Of a stretch of DNA of 64,000 nt, positions 51,745 through 64,000 are shown piece after piece. The stretch's first letter is position 1. The number at the start of each line of letters is the position of its first letter. The stretch comes from Camelus ferus (Eukaryota): NCBI RefSeq assembly GCF_009834535.1, contig NC_045696.1, positions 14,944,001 to 15,008,000 of the forward strand, read 5' to 3'. The position numbers and the translations under genes were made by a program. Below the pieces are notes generated by a model that was not told the origin of the DNA, ran no database searches, and worked only from the letters and a program-made list of their open reading frames with translations.

Positions 51745-52890
51745 ATTTTTCACTTAATCAATATATTGAAATGGATTGATTCAGTCTAAGCCATACTATT
51801 TACTTCAGCACAGACATTTTTGTCAATAACACATTGCCCCTTGTGGGATAAATTCATCTCACAAAATAACTAGCATCTTCTAAATGTAAGGAGCTTAAGA
51901 CAATACAAAGATAAAACAATACAAAGATAAAACCAAGCAGAGGTTGCCTTTAGAAAAATGTATAGTAAGTAAAATAGCTGAAGCACTTAGCATATAAATA
52001 GAAGGTGTTATGGACTGAAAGATATGTTCACACTCTATCAAATACTGTAAAATTTCAGAGGGCTGAAAAGTTCTCTACAAATTGGGGTAGGGAGATTTAT
52101 AATGGAAGACTTTATAGATATTATAGTGTGTAACATTTGAGATACAGCTTGAGCTATAGTGGAATTTGGACATTTGATGGTAAGAGAAAGAAAATTCCAT
52201 GTAAAAAGTAACATGGAAATTTATGGTGTTTAGTCAGAAACATTCAAATCTGAGCCCATCTGAGAATGACAGATTCATAAGATCCGGAGCTTGACCTAAG
52301 GAGACATATTTTCAAAAGCTCCATAGGTAAAGCTAACATAAATCCAGGGTTAATGATTGTCACTCAGAAAGATATATGGCAGTGGATATTTGGAGATTAA
52401 TTCCAGGAAAAGTGAACCAATTTGTCTGAATGAAGTATATGTAGTGATTTTAGTGCCTAATTATATATACATGTGGTACAGCCAAATGTGCAGTCTGTTG
52501 AAAGTCTGGCTCCTGATTGCCACTGAAGATGTTTGAGTGTTAAGAGGAAAAGTGATCTGTAGAAAAGTAGAGAAATGTTAAGATGGCTGGCAAGGGCAAG
52601 ACATGTGAGGTAGGGAGAGAGGAGTTTGAAGTCTACTTTTATAATAATCATGGGTCATGTGTCAGGAGTATTTAAGATTAGGTGGTGACAGCAAGAGAAG
52701 TGTAACAATTATTTGAATATTTGAATGTAGACCTGATAGGATCTAGTTAATGATTAGATTTAGAGAACAAGAAAAGTAAAAGGTAAAAGTCAGATATCCT
52801 TTTGAGGATAGAATATAACTAATAATAAAGGAGGAAGCAATTGTGTGAGTGGAGAGGTGAGAAATTCAATTTTAATATGTTGTTAGAAAA
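51745..52890 (-). mobile_element. Degenerate L2 fragments, with a MER5-like piece at ~52240-52360
   Basis: Antisense L2 tail TTCACTTAATCAATATATTGA and body TAGGTGGTGACAG...GTAGACCTGATAGGATCTAGTTAATGATTAGAT. Confidence 0.55.
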
Positions 52891-54081
52891 ATCTCATGGA
52901 GTTGATAACCTGAAGTCTGTTTATGAAGAAATTTGAAAATGTGTTTTATTATATCAATAATTTACTTATTTTCATATTTATGATATATTCTGCTTTATTA
53001 TATCAATTTTTCTAATATACCTAGGTAATTGTAATGAACAATTTATGTAATGGGTAATCGGCTTGCAAATGAATAAAAATTAAGCAAATTGGCAGAGAGT
53101 TGAAATTTTGATTTAGAAAGTTGATATAAAATTTTTGTCTGTGGACATTCTTAATTTCGTAAACCAAGAAGTCCCCACAAATCTGTGGGTTTTCTAGTTT
53201 TCCAGATGGTTTTTCAGCCATTGGAAAAAAAACCATAATTAAAGAAAATGTGCCAAAACCAACTATAGGTTTTGAAACTATATATACATATATAAATGGA
53301 TTTAGCAATTTAAACACAGAAATGTAAGGAATGATGAATAAAATTTGAGTACATATTAATCAGTGAAAAATTGTTGTATTTTCCAACTTGTCTGTTGGGA
53401 ATTATATCTACAGATCTAAACTACCAATTAAAAATAATATTAGAAATTAGTTATGTCTTTAATATGCATAATATTAAATAGGTAATTTTAGTTTTTCTTC
53501 AGAGATGTCATTGAGAAGAAAATTCACAATAATTATTCATGACAAAATTATAGATAATGAATTGCAGGATTATCACTGTTATGATGGTCCACTCTTGATA
53601 TCTTAGGGAGCTATTAATTTAATTATTTAGCAGTAAAAAATTCCTAGCAGAGTAGTAGTGGCCGTTATATGCTCTTTCCCCTTCATTCTAAGGTACTCAG
53701 CTAAAATCTAGAAACTGCAATAAACTTAGCCAGAATGTGAAATATACTTTCTGCAAAATCTGTAATGCTAAATTTTTGTTAATGCGTGTTGGCAGGGTAA
53801 AGAGTAAATGCATCATAGTCTACAAGACTTCATTTGCAACCAACAATTTTAAACTTTAAAGAGCAAATTACAGGATAAAAATCTATACATGTTTTTCATT
53901 TTTGAAGGAAAATATTCTATAACTAAATAAAGAATAATCAAAGTAATTTAGTTTGAGAATTAGTCATAACTCCCTTTGATGTCTCAGAGAAAATCAATTT
54001 AGACTTATCAAACTTATACTATACTGAAAAGTAAGATGCTCCTATATTTTCCAAGTACTATTGTCTAAAAAAATGATACTA

Positions 54082-54575
54082 CAAAACTCCCTTGACTTAC
54101 CATGTGGTTACCTCCCTATAAACCCATCATAAATAGAAAATGCCATAAACTGAGAATGCATTTGACACCCCTAATCTCTATGGAACATCATAGCTTAGCC
54201 TAGACTACCTTAAGTGTGCTCCGAACACATACATCTGTCTTCAGTTGGGCAAAATCATCCAACTCCAAGCCTATTTTATAGTAAATTGTTGAGTATCACA
54301 TGTGATTTATTAAAAATCACACTAGAGGTAAAAAATAGAATGGTTGTCTGTTTCCAGAATGGCTGTAAGTGTATTGGTTGCTAACCCGCGTGATCACGTG
54401 TCTGACTGGTAACAACTGCTCTCTGCCGCTGCCCAGCGTCATGGGAGAGTAGAGTTATCATGCAACATATCTCTAGCCCAGGGAAAAAGATTAAATTTCA
54501 AAATTCAAAGTATGGTTTCTACTGAACATGTACCACTTTCACACCATCGTAAAGTCGAGTCACAAGTCGAGGACT
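54082..54575 (+). mobile_element. Tigger5b/MER47-family TcMar-Tigger DNA transposon
   Basis: Preceded by TA. GACTTAC...ATAAACCCATCATAA...GAACATCATAGCTTAGCCTAG...CAGTTGGGCAAAATCATC...GGTTTCTACTGAA...CACCATCGTAAAGTCGA. Confidence 0.88.
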
Positions 54576-55114
54576 TATGACCAGGCTTTTGAGAGTGGTA
54601 TGATCATTCCTACCATCAGTATCTTGACAAAAGCTTCTGATAGACCAAAACTATCAACCAGATGACACTCCGCTTTGCTTAGCTTTGCTTAGGGTGTCTC
54701 TAGCCCCTTCTCTCCCACCTTCCCCTCCCCATATAAAGAATCATGGGCAGCAAACTTATTTCCCCCATGTTGCAAACAGGAACAAACCACACATTATTTT
54801 CTGTAGGCCAAGAAGCGGAAAAGTGCCAAACTTTATATCATAACCACTCTAGAACTTTCTACATTGGATTTTAGTTCTATCAGAAAAGTTTACCTGATCT
54901 ACCTCCAAGGACTCCTGGAACTAATACAACATCCTAATTTTCCTTGTCAGTGCCCTCCATTTATCTATCCCCACTACATTGGCATCTCCCTAATCCTTAT
55001 ACACTTGACCCAGTTCCCAACCTACTCCCCTTTCTCCACATCTTTTTCTCCCAGACTCCCAGAACTCTGACTCTGTAAAAAGTAAACTCTCATATAGCCT
55101 AAAACAAGACTACA

Positions 55115-55840
55115 TTTCTTAAAAATGTATTTTATTTTTTTAGAGCATTTTGGGTTTACAGCAAAACTAAGAGGAAGATACATAGATGACCCACATATCC
55201 CATGCCCCCACCAGTGTGTAGCCTTCCCCATTATCAACATCCTTTGCCACAGTGGTACATTTGTTACAATTGATGAATTTACACTGACATATCATAATCA
55301 CTCACAAAGTCCATGATTTACATTAAGGTTCACTCTTGATGTTGTGTTTTTTATGGGTTTGGACAATATACAACGACATGCATCTACCATCATAGTATCA
55401 TACAGAGTAATGTCACTGCCCTGAAAATCTCTATGTCTGCCTATTAATCTCCACCCCACCCCAGCCCCCATGACCAATCCCTGGCAACCACTGATATTTT
55501 TATTGTCTGTCTTCATAAAATTTTGTCTTATTTAGATGTCATATAGCTGGGACTACAGAGTATGTAGCCTTTGCTGATTCACTTCTTTCACTTAGTAATA
55601 TGCATCAAAGATTCTTCCGTGTCTTCTCATGGCTTGATAGCTCATTTCTTTTTTAGCACTAGATACTATTCCATTGTCTGGATGCATCGCAGTTTATTTA
55701 TCCATCACTAATTGAATGGCATCTTGGTTGCTTCCAAGTTTTCTGAGTTTTGACAATAATGAATAAAGCTCCTATAAACATCTGTGTACAGATTTTGGGG
55801 TTAGTGTAAGTTTTTAATTCATTTGGGTAAATACCAAGGG
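55115..55840 (-). mobile_element. L1MC1-like 3' end
   Basis: TTTTAGAGCATTTTGGGTTTACAGCAAAA...AGTGGTACATTTGTTACAATTGATGAA...GGTTCACTCTTG...CATCTTGGTTGCTTCCAAG. Confidence 0.9.
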
Positions 55841-56699
55841 ACCCTCACATCAATTTTTTAATCCACTTATAAATCAATGATTTTCCTTGTTTGAGTCTCT
55901 AAAAATTAAATTTCTCAGTCTCACTTTTGGGTACCAGTAATAGAGTGTACATAATCCCAATCATAGAACTTATTAAGATCTATTGTAATTATTAAAAATT
56001 TGCCAATCTAGACCTTAAGTGCTTAATACCAGTGCTTATGTCTTGTTTGCCTTGGAATTTCAACATGGAGCACAGTGTCCAGTAAACAAAAATGGACCAT
56101 CACACTGTATCTGTACTGACTTTGCACACATCCCTCTGAGTTCTTTCTCTATATACAATTATCTTAAAAGAGTTGTATCCTTTCCAAAAGTAACTAATGT
56201 CTTATTGATAAGTGATTTTCTTCAGTCCAATTTATAAAATTTAAAATGCATAAAAATTAAAAATTATAAAATGTGTTCTATAGATAAAAATTGCTAAAAG
56301 TAGGAAATATGATCAAATACAATTTAAAGGCTATTTTCACTTCCCACTCACAATTTCACCATGGATATAATTATGATTTTTTCTGTTTAATTTTAAATTT
56401 TTTAAAAAATGGAAATTGATTCATTGAACAATTATTTACTGGATAGTTAATGCTGTCCAGGCAGTCTTAAGGAACATGTTTATTCAATTATGGTGTGTGT
56501 TGTCAAACAAACCCATTCATTCATATATTCCATGTAGCTTCAGGGGAAAAATCTTGGGGAAATTATATTATTATTATTATATTATACTTTTATATTATAA
56601 ATTTAAAGAGACTTTTCATGAAATTAGAATAGCAATTGGCTCTTTTCTTCTTCCTGAATTTATTGACTAGTGGAGTTCTGACTTTATTAACTAAGAACT

Positions 56700-58200
56700 A
56701 ATTTTATATTTCATCCTTTGCTCGAAAATACGCTGTATTTTATCTTGCTTTGTATTTAGACTGTGGGTTTCTTATACAGCATTGTTTTCCTCCAATGGCC
56801 TCTAACTGCCTATTTTCTACTTAACAAAGAAGTGTATGTGCCTTAATATTGCTATTAAGTTGTTAGTGATACAGCTTTTTTTATGTTCCTTCATGGAATC
56901 ATTCCTCATGGGTTTCCTGACTTCTTACAAATTTTATAATTTAATTGGTTTCCTCTTTTTTTTAATTTGCTTTACTGCAGTCATAATTGGTTTTACTTAC
57001 ATTATATTCTTAGGTTGGTTCTATGGTGTCTCATAGCCCATGCTTTCTCCTTCCCTGGGTTTCTTCTTTTTCTAAGCATTTTACAGAAAGAGTTCACGGG
57101 AAATAGATCTTAATCTTTGTACCAGACTTTCACATCTCCTTAACATCTATATATTATTTATTTCCAATGTTACCTAATTTCTGGTGACACCTTCTGAGGA
57201 AGTTGAGTCAACTTCTAGTCCCAAAGATAGAGCATATGTCCTGATCACAGTGACAGTTCAGCAATGGGCATGAGACCACTAACTAAACTTAGAATTTCTG
57301 AACAATATCCTACAATAAAGACATTTTTCTTTCCTACTCTAAGTAAATAAAATGTTATCAGCCAATTTCACTTCCATGAGAAGAGCCATCCTAAAGAAGT
57401 GGCTGACATATTATGGAAGGCAAAGAAGACTCCATTGTAGTGAAAAGTGGCCAGAACTAGGGCTCCGACCACTGTCATCATCTGAACTGAACTCCTCTTG
57501 AAGCTAGTCTTCATTGGGACTTTAGATTATAGGAACACAGAAATTACTCAGGTCAGTTTCTGTATTTATATGTACATATGTTTTTATTTTGCCCTCACAA
57601 TATATAGTTTGCCTGGAAATTTCCATGTTGAAAGTGCTTTCCTTTAGAAATTTAATGATATTATTCCATAACTCTTTTCATTCATGTTTGTTGATGGCAT
57701 AAATAATGCTAGTCCATCTTTCATTGTAGATAACTGGTTTGTCCATTGCAACTTCATCAGCTTCACTAGCTTTTACACCTTTCTACAAACTAGTAGAAAT
57801 CAGAAATTACACCAGCTTGTATTTAGTTTTGTGGGAGACATTTTTAAAAGTTGTGTTTAGTGAACAGTGGGCTTTTCTCAATAAAGAGATAACTCTTCAT
57901 ATGAATGGAAATCAGTAATATAAAGTCTTATTCATTTTTTTCTTTACAATCTTCTACTAGAGAAAAGCTTTATGCTAAGAGTCTCTAGATATATATTTTT
58001 TCTTCTGTGTTCCATCTCTCCAACTCTGCTATACAGGGAGATATCCTCATATTTACCTTCCAGATTATTAAGTTAACTTCCAGAGTATTATTACATAATT
58101 AAATGGTTATTTATCATTTGTTTTTCTTGGTTCTTTTCTGTTGTTCTATTAATTGTCTTCTAAAGGCATTTATTCTTTAATGTCTCCAAATTATGAATGA
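56700..58200 (-). mobile_element. Very old L1/HAL1 fragments interrupted by an MLT1 LTR
   Basis: Antisense motifs TTTGTATTTAGACTGTGGGTTTCTTATACAGCAT and ATAGTTTGCCTGGA...TTCCTTTAGAAATTT. Confidence 0.45.
57140..57560 (+). mobile_element. MLT1K/L-like MaLR LTR
   Basis: CACAGTGACAGTTCAGCAATGGGCATGAGACC...TGAAGCTAG...GGACTTTAGATTATAGGAAC. Confidence 0.55.
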
Positions 58201-59864
58201 ATAGCTAGGCTGATCATTATTGCAAGTGTTTGTTTTGTTTTCTCAGTAGTGCAGCTCCATTTACTCTAAGTGGGCAAAAAAGAACCAAGCCACAGAAAAA
58301 TTATAGGGATAGAGATAAGGAGTAACAATATGGATAGGCACCAATTGTTGGAATATAAATAGAACAATATTTTATTCTGGACATGAACATCTCTAGATTT
58401 TTATTCCTAGTTGACTATCCCTTTCCTGTTTATCTCTCCAGGAGTATTTTGAAAGTCCTTATATTTTCTTTTGTTTCTCTCCCTTGTCCCTTCATTCATA
58501 TTAGGTTTCTCTCCCAAGGAAAATCTATTATTATTATTTACTATTATTATTAATTGAATGGAAAAAAATGCCTAGGAGTAAATATTTCTGATACCTTCTG
58601 CTTATGTTAAGATAGGGCCATTGGCTCAGTTGGTCTGGAGACAGACTTCTGACAATGATGACTGCCCCAGAATCCACCTCCACATTTTGTATCAGCTCAC
58701 CCTGAGCTTTGAGCTCCTCTGGGGGACAGTGTTACCTGTACAAGACTAACCTGGTTGTGTCATGATTTGTACTTTATGCTGGTTTTAGAAGTATTTCAAC
58801 ATTTATTATGAGATTTTATTTACACATTTCTTATATCCAACATTATGGCTTTATTTATGTAACTGTTAATGTGTTCATTCATTTATTTGTGTATGTATGG
58901 TTGTGTATATTTAGTGATTTATACATTTTTACTGTCATTTTAATCATTTTTCTTGCTTACTAGAGAGAGAGATTAATCCATTCATTTAGTCTTTCATCTT
59001 GAAGCAGAAGTCACTTCTAGATTTTTTTTGAAAAGAAGAAAAAAAGGTGGAGGCCAAGCCTTAGGCCATGACTTTGGATGTTCAAGAAATGTGATTTCTT
59101 TATCTTATATTATTTTAGTGTCTAACTTGAGACTCATTATGTTGGGTGGCAATAGTTTAATTTGAGTTAATTTATGTCTCACTGCCCTTTCCCTCTGGTG
59201 TGCATCTAAGTTCTAGGTGCTACAAAGTCCCCAGTGTGGAAGAGGAGGGGTGGTCATCTCAGGTATCCTTTGTCTACACAATGGCATTTGATGGGACATT
59301 TATAATCCCACTGGTCCTCACTTGTTGATTCCACAGACTTCTTCTGCCTAGACATGTAACACAAGGCCTCCCTGGCACCACATTGTTTCTTCCCCAGGGC
59401 TTTAGCTGGAAAGAAAGACACGGCTGCCTCTAATTTTTATCATCCACACTAGGCTAGTCACTCATTCCAAGGTAAGGTTAATTTGAAGAAAAAACACTTC
59501 TGTGCTTATCCTATTAGAACACTCCCTTGAGTCAATGAATGTCTGAAATGGTACAGGATCAAAAAGTTTAGAAAAGCTCAGAAAAACACATCTTGTTAAA
59601 TTGCAAAAGAGTATCCTGCCACTTGTGTAACTAGGTTCATCAGGGGCTAAAATTTCACTTTTCTTAGTAACTGCTCATTCCTTTATGTAAATATAAGAAA
59701 TATACTCTCATACTTGGGGTATAGTTCAATGTTTTTAAATATTTCAAATGTACATAGTACAGGCTATGATGTTAAGTATCCTGTTTGCATGATAAATTGA
59801 TTTATCATCAACAGAACCATTACTCTACAGAGCTGACAAATAGTGTGATATTTTTTCCAAATCT

Positions 59865-60898
59865 TGTCTCAAACTATTTCAGTTGAAACCTTAGTCAAGG
59901 AGAGCAATAATCAAGACGTGATGGCAGTTAATGAGTCTTGGAAGACGGAGGGAACAAAAAGTGCCCATCAAACTGAGACGGTATCTTGAGACCAAAAAAG
60001 AAAGCAGGCAGTTCCATATAATCAGTGGATCAGTTTACTATGTGGTAACTTAGAGGGTAGGAATGTGAAGCATTCACAGCTACACTCTGCACCACCAAGG
60101 AGCCACTGGGACAATTTTATAGTTAATCTAAGGCATGGAGGTACATGCTTGGAAACAGAAAGTCCATCCCTGAGTCAAGATTTATGAATGGGTGACTAGT
60201 CTCATGGGCGCCAAGAATGCGTCAGCAAAGATCTTCATCATCGGAGACTAACAGCGTAGAGGCCACCTGGACCTGGTGGTCTTTAAACAGTATCTATTAA
60301 CTACAAAGCCCTTGATGACAGAGAAGAGTTACTATGAAATACAGCCCTAGATAGGGTCAGTGGAAGGACAGGAATAACTGAAGGAGCCCAATATGGCCCC
60401 AATTATGCTAACAGCCATACAATAAGTATGTTTGGCATACCATATCTTTCCTCCCCTACCTCCTCCCCTCCTCGTGTAGCTAAAGCTATGAAAAGGAATA
60501 GGGCTGGGTTTGGTGCAGTTTAATATTTAAGAAACAAGCATTGTCTCACATTTACTATTGCTTAAGACTGAATAATAATATTATGGTCTATTTTAATTAT
60601 CATTGAAGCAACAGGGAAGAATTAGTCTTTCTTTGAGGAATAAGAAATCACATGCAGGGAAGAGATAACCCATTGTTGGTCAGCCTGGTTCTGAAAGAGG
60701 GACAGAAGAATTTCAGGAAAAGCACAGGCCTGGATTTCCATGTGTGGTAATACATGTTGATTCTCATTGATGGAGAATGAAACTACCAACCACATGAAGG
60801 ACTTCTTGAGGCTAGGGAAGAAATGTGTTCTGGTTTGTTCACTGCACCCAAAGTAGCAACCTTTTCTAATGTAAGTTGCAGCCACTCTTGTTTACACA
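59865..60898 (+). mobile_element. Possible ancient Gypsy-like (MamGypLTR-type) solo LTR
   Basis: About 1 kb purine-rich block with TG...CA-like ends, a central CCTCCCCTACCTCCTCCCC box and distal TTCACTGCACCCA. The family was recognised from memory only. Confidence 0.4.
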
Positions 60899-61779
60899 TA
60901 CTTTATGCCCATGCTTTAATAATGTTCAACCTTCAATTGTGCTGTGAGGAATTAGGGAGGAAATGCCCTCTTCCAAGCCTTGGGTGGGGGCACTAATGGC
61001 AATGGTCAAGAGACAGCTCTATCTCACAACATTGATTATCTCACAAAAGCAATTTGCATCAAAGACAGCCATAGGATATCATGACAAATTAGTCAGTTGC
61101 AAAGAACTTGTATGAGTACACTTGGTCTAAAAGCCAGGAGAAATACTTAGTAAGAGTTTGGGACTTCGGTTAGGTACTTATGAAATGATCTCTGGTCATG
61201 ATAAGGAAGTGATAAAATTATTGGATACATGCTGGTGAGACCAGGGGAAGATGGGAGCTATCTATATACCTAAATATTTATAAATACATATTCAAGCACT
61301 TGTCCACACATGCAAGTATCCATGTGGTTCTATCTGAAGGCTCTTGTATTATATATTTCTATTACCTTCTATTACCTTACATAGTTCATAAAAGTTGTAA
61401 ATAGAACTATATAGTTACTCTACAGTTGAACTGTCTTAAGATATGCTCTGGGAATAATAAATTTAATATCTAAATATATGTATATATTATTTTACTAACA
61501 TTAGTATTGTGTGATTTAGGACTGTTTTGATTGTGTAGAACAAATCTGTTGGAAATATTTTAAATAATAAAGTAAGAACACTTTTGTTTTAAAACATCGT
61601 AGGGCTGTCTTGGAGAACTCATTGGCAGGGGTGCAGCTTCAACTCTTAAATAGAGCAAAATCAGGATTCTTTCTTTATTTCTTGTCTAGCATTCTTTCTA
61701 TGGAAAAAATAATTGAACTTCCACCATACTTGGTGAAGGAAAAGCAGCACTAGGTGGACAAAGCAATTATTAAACACTT

Positions 61780-62760
61780 CAACGATATTCTTTCCATTGT
61801 TTAGAAATAGCAAATTATACTAACATTCTATTAATGAACATTTAGTTGTGTTTTTCCTCCTAATTTGCCAATGGTTTAAGCAATGTTTCAAATAAAGTCA
61901 CATAAATGCATCTTTGCATGTGAGTCACACTTTTTACTTGGAAAATTTCATCAAATTGGAATTGCTAGAGAAGGGGATGCTGATAGGTAAAGTTTAGGAA
62001 GTAGTGCTGGATGGCTTTCCTGGAAAATTAAAACAATTTATTTTTCTCATTAACATTACTCTTGAGTCCACCTTTTGCCTCCCCATTTTAATCCATCTCA
62101 TTGTTGAAAAATAATTCATAATGTGAAGTCTTTGGATTATTAGCAATGTTGATGAATTATAAGGCTATATTATTTATTTCTCTTGTTTCCTCTGTAATTT
62201 ACTGGTTCATGTCCTTTACTCATTTTATTGGAGCATTTGCATTTTACTTAATACTTTATAAAAGCATTTTTGTATATAAAAGATGTTAACCATTTATTTG
62301 TATACCTTGCGAAATCCTTCCCATTCTTGACTTTTGCTTTCCTGATGCTTTATTTGGTATGCTTTGACAAGCAGGAGTTTTTAAACATTTAAATCTGTTG
62401 TACTACCAATCTTCCTAAGTTTGGGCTTCCGTATCACATTAAGCAAAGCCTGCTAGTTTGCATATGGTTTCAGTTTTTATGTTTAGATCTTTAATCTACT
62501 TGGAATTTATTTTTTGCAAAAGTTGTGAAATAGGGATGTAACTTCCATGTCATCTCCTCCCAAGTGCACAGCTAATTTTCACCACCCCATTTACTGAACT
62601 ATCCATGCTTTCCTCATTTTTACCACTTGAATAATTCATTAGCTTTGAAACATGCAGTGGTAATTTTCTGAATTCTTAATTGAATTATTTTGAGCTATTA
62701 GTCATTCATCTCTCAATACCACATTGTGTTAGTTACTTCCATTGGCTCTTGTAAGAGATA
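61780..62760 (-). mobile_element. L1ME-type ORF2/3' fragment
   Basis: Antisense motifs TGAACATTTAGTTG, TGGAATTGCT, GGTTCATGTCCTTTACTCATTTT and TTTAGATCTTTAATCTACTTGGAATTTATTTTT. Confidence 0.7.
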
Positions 62761-63051
62761 TCCCCCCTTAGCAGGTACAGTCTTCATACATATTTGAAGC
62801 CCATCTCTACACAAGCCACTACATCAGGCAGTAAGTTATATGTGTCTACCTTGTATCAGGGACTGTGTACACTTCATAAAGGCTTTGCCTTATGGGTTTT
62901 ACACACATATGAGAAGCTCTAGTACCTTTGTAATACTTTCAAAAATAACACTGACAGCTTCTATTTTATAGTTTTATATACTCTTCCACTGGTTTCAAAT
63001 ATGACTTTAATAATAAGAGAATCCTTCCAGTTAAAAACAAAGTATTATATA

Positions 63052-63096
63052 TTGTTTTTTGTTTTGTTTTGTTTTGTTTTGTTTTGTTTTGTTTTT
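63052..63096 (+). repeat. (GTTTT)n microsatellite
   Basis: Directly visible. Confidence 0.95.
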
Positions 63097-64000
63097 CCTT
63101 AGCGAGTATCTAATGACCCAAGAGAAAAATCAACTATCTTTTGTAGGCAACAAGATCAGCCACTAGAGGAAGTAAGTGCTTTGCTGTGCTGGGCAGCAGC
63201 ACTGGAGCTAACTTAGGAGAGAAAGCCACTGTCAGGTTTCTTTTCTGCCTCTTAAAATGTCCAGAAGCTTTAGGAAACAGAACTTTGGATTCATAATTTG
63301 GTAACTGAGTGTATATAATTACATGCTTTAAAATAACTACCATTGACTGAAGGCAGTTATTAGAAAGTTCCTCATCATACGTGAAAGGAACAAACATCTT
63401 GTTTTCTTCACTCAGTCATATACCTTCCATTATTTAACTTTTAAAAAAGGATTCAAAATTCTATATTTTTTCTATTAATAGTTTAAATTTGTTCATTGAA
63501 TCTTTATTCCAGACGACTGTATTCCCTACAAAGACAGTAGCTAAAACTCGAAACAATTTGCTTAACTGGAACTTAGAAGTCGGTGATTTGCAGGAGAACA
63601 AACAGTGGGTTGATAAGCTCAGTACTCTGATAGCAGTTTTAACCAAGAACGCATAAAAATAACCAATTCCCTTCTGATAGACAATCTGGATATGCAGCAT
63701 CTATGGCAAATAACATAAAAAGAAAGGAAGGAAAGAAAAGTAAAGGAAAAAAGAAAAGAAAACAGACCCACCAAATACCAAACCTCAGAAATTAGCATCC
63801 ACTTACCCACACAGGGGTGAAGACTTTGAGAGGGAAATTTTTACAGTTCTTAAAATGAGGGTCTTCTAGATTACTTCTTCAAATTCAAAAGCTAAAAAAA
63901 CAAAAGGAGGGAACAGTGTCATTAACATAGAAGAGTTGTCTCCTGTCATGAAGATGACACTCAATCTTACTTCCAAACACAGTGATAACTGGTGAATTTT

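Noticed and set aside
63147..63171. Possible 25-nt plus-strand micro-exon (TTTTGTAG|...|GTAAGT) overlapping a partial CTCF-like CCACTAGAGG
   Set aside because: It is isolated, not a multiple of three, and has no partner exons. The CTCF match lacks the GGC end.
1..64000. CRISPR array, operon, CpG-island promoter or other novel multi-gene system
   Set aside because: There are no regularly spaced repeats, no long or dense ORFs and no CpG island. The window is consistent with ordinary TE-rich mammalian non-coding DNA.

Overview
This is AT-rich, CpG-depleted mammalian DNA, either intergenic or deep intronic. I cannot support any protein-coding gene, RNA gene or prokaryote-type system such as an operon or CRISPR array. 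A large part of the window is decayed transposable elements: MIR, L2, L1, MaLR (MLT1), ERVL (LTR16, MLT2), ERV1-class LTRs and hAT/Tigger DNA transposons. The recognisable ORF-track peptides are degenerate L1 ORF1/ORF2 remnants; the rest look like chance ORFs. Two L1 3' ends resemble cetartiodactyl L1. I saw no ruminant, pig or whale SINEs, which suggests a camelid genome (inference). The most notable structures are: three same-family solo ERV1 LTRs with modular U3 differences, an LTR nested in an LTR, an L1 with a perfect 28-bp duplication around 210 bp of foreign DNA, a strong CTCF motif, and weak candidate minus-strand exons. Repeat family names come from my recollection of consensus sequences, and most boundaries are approximate. 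I found no evidence of a novel biological system.
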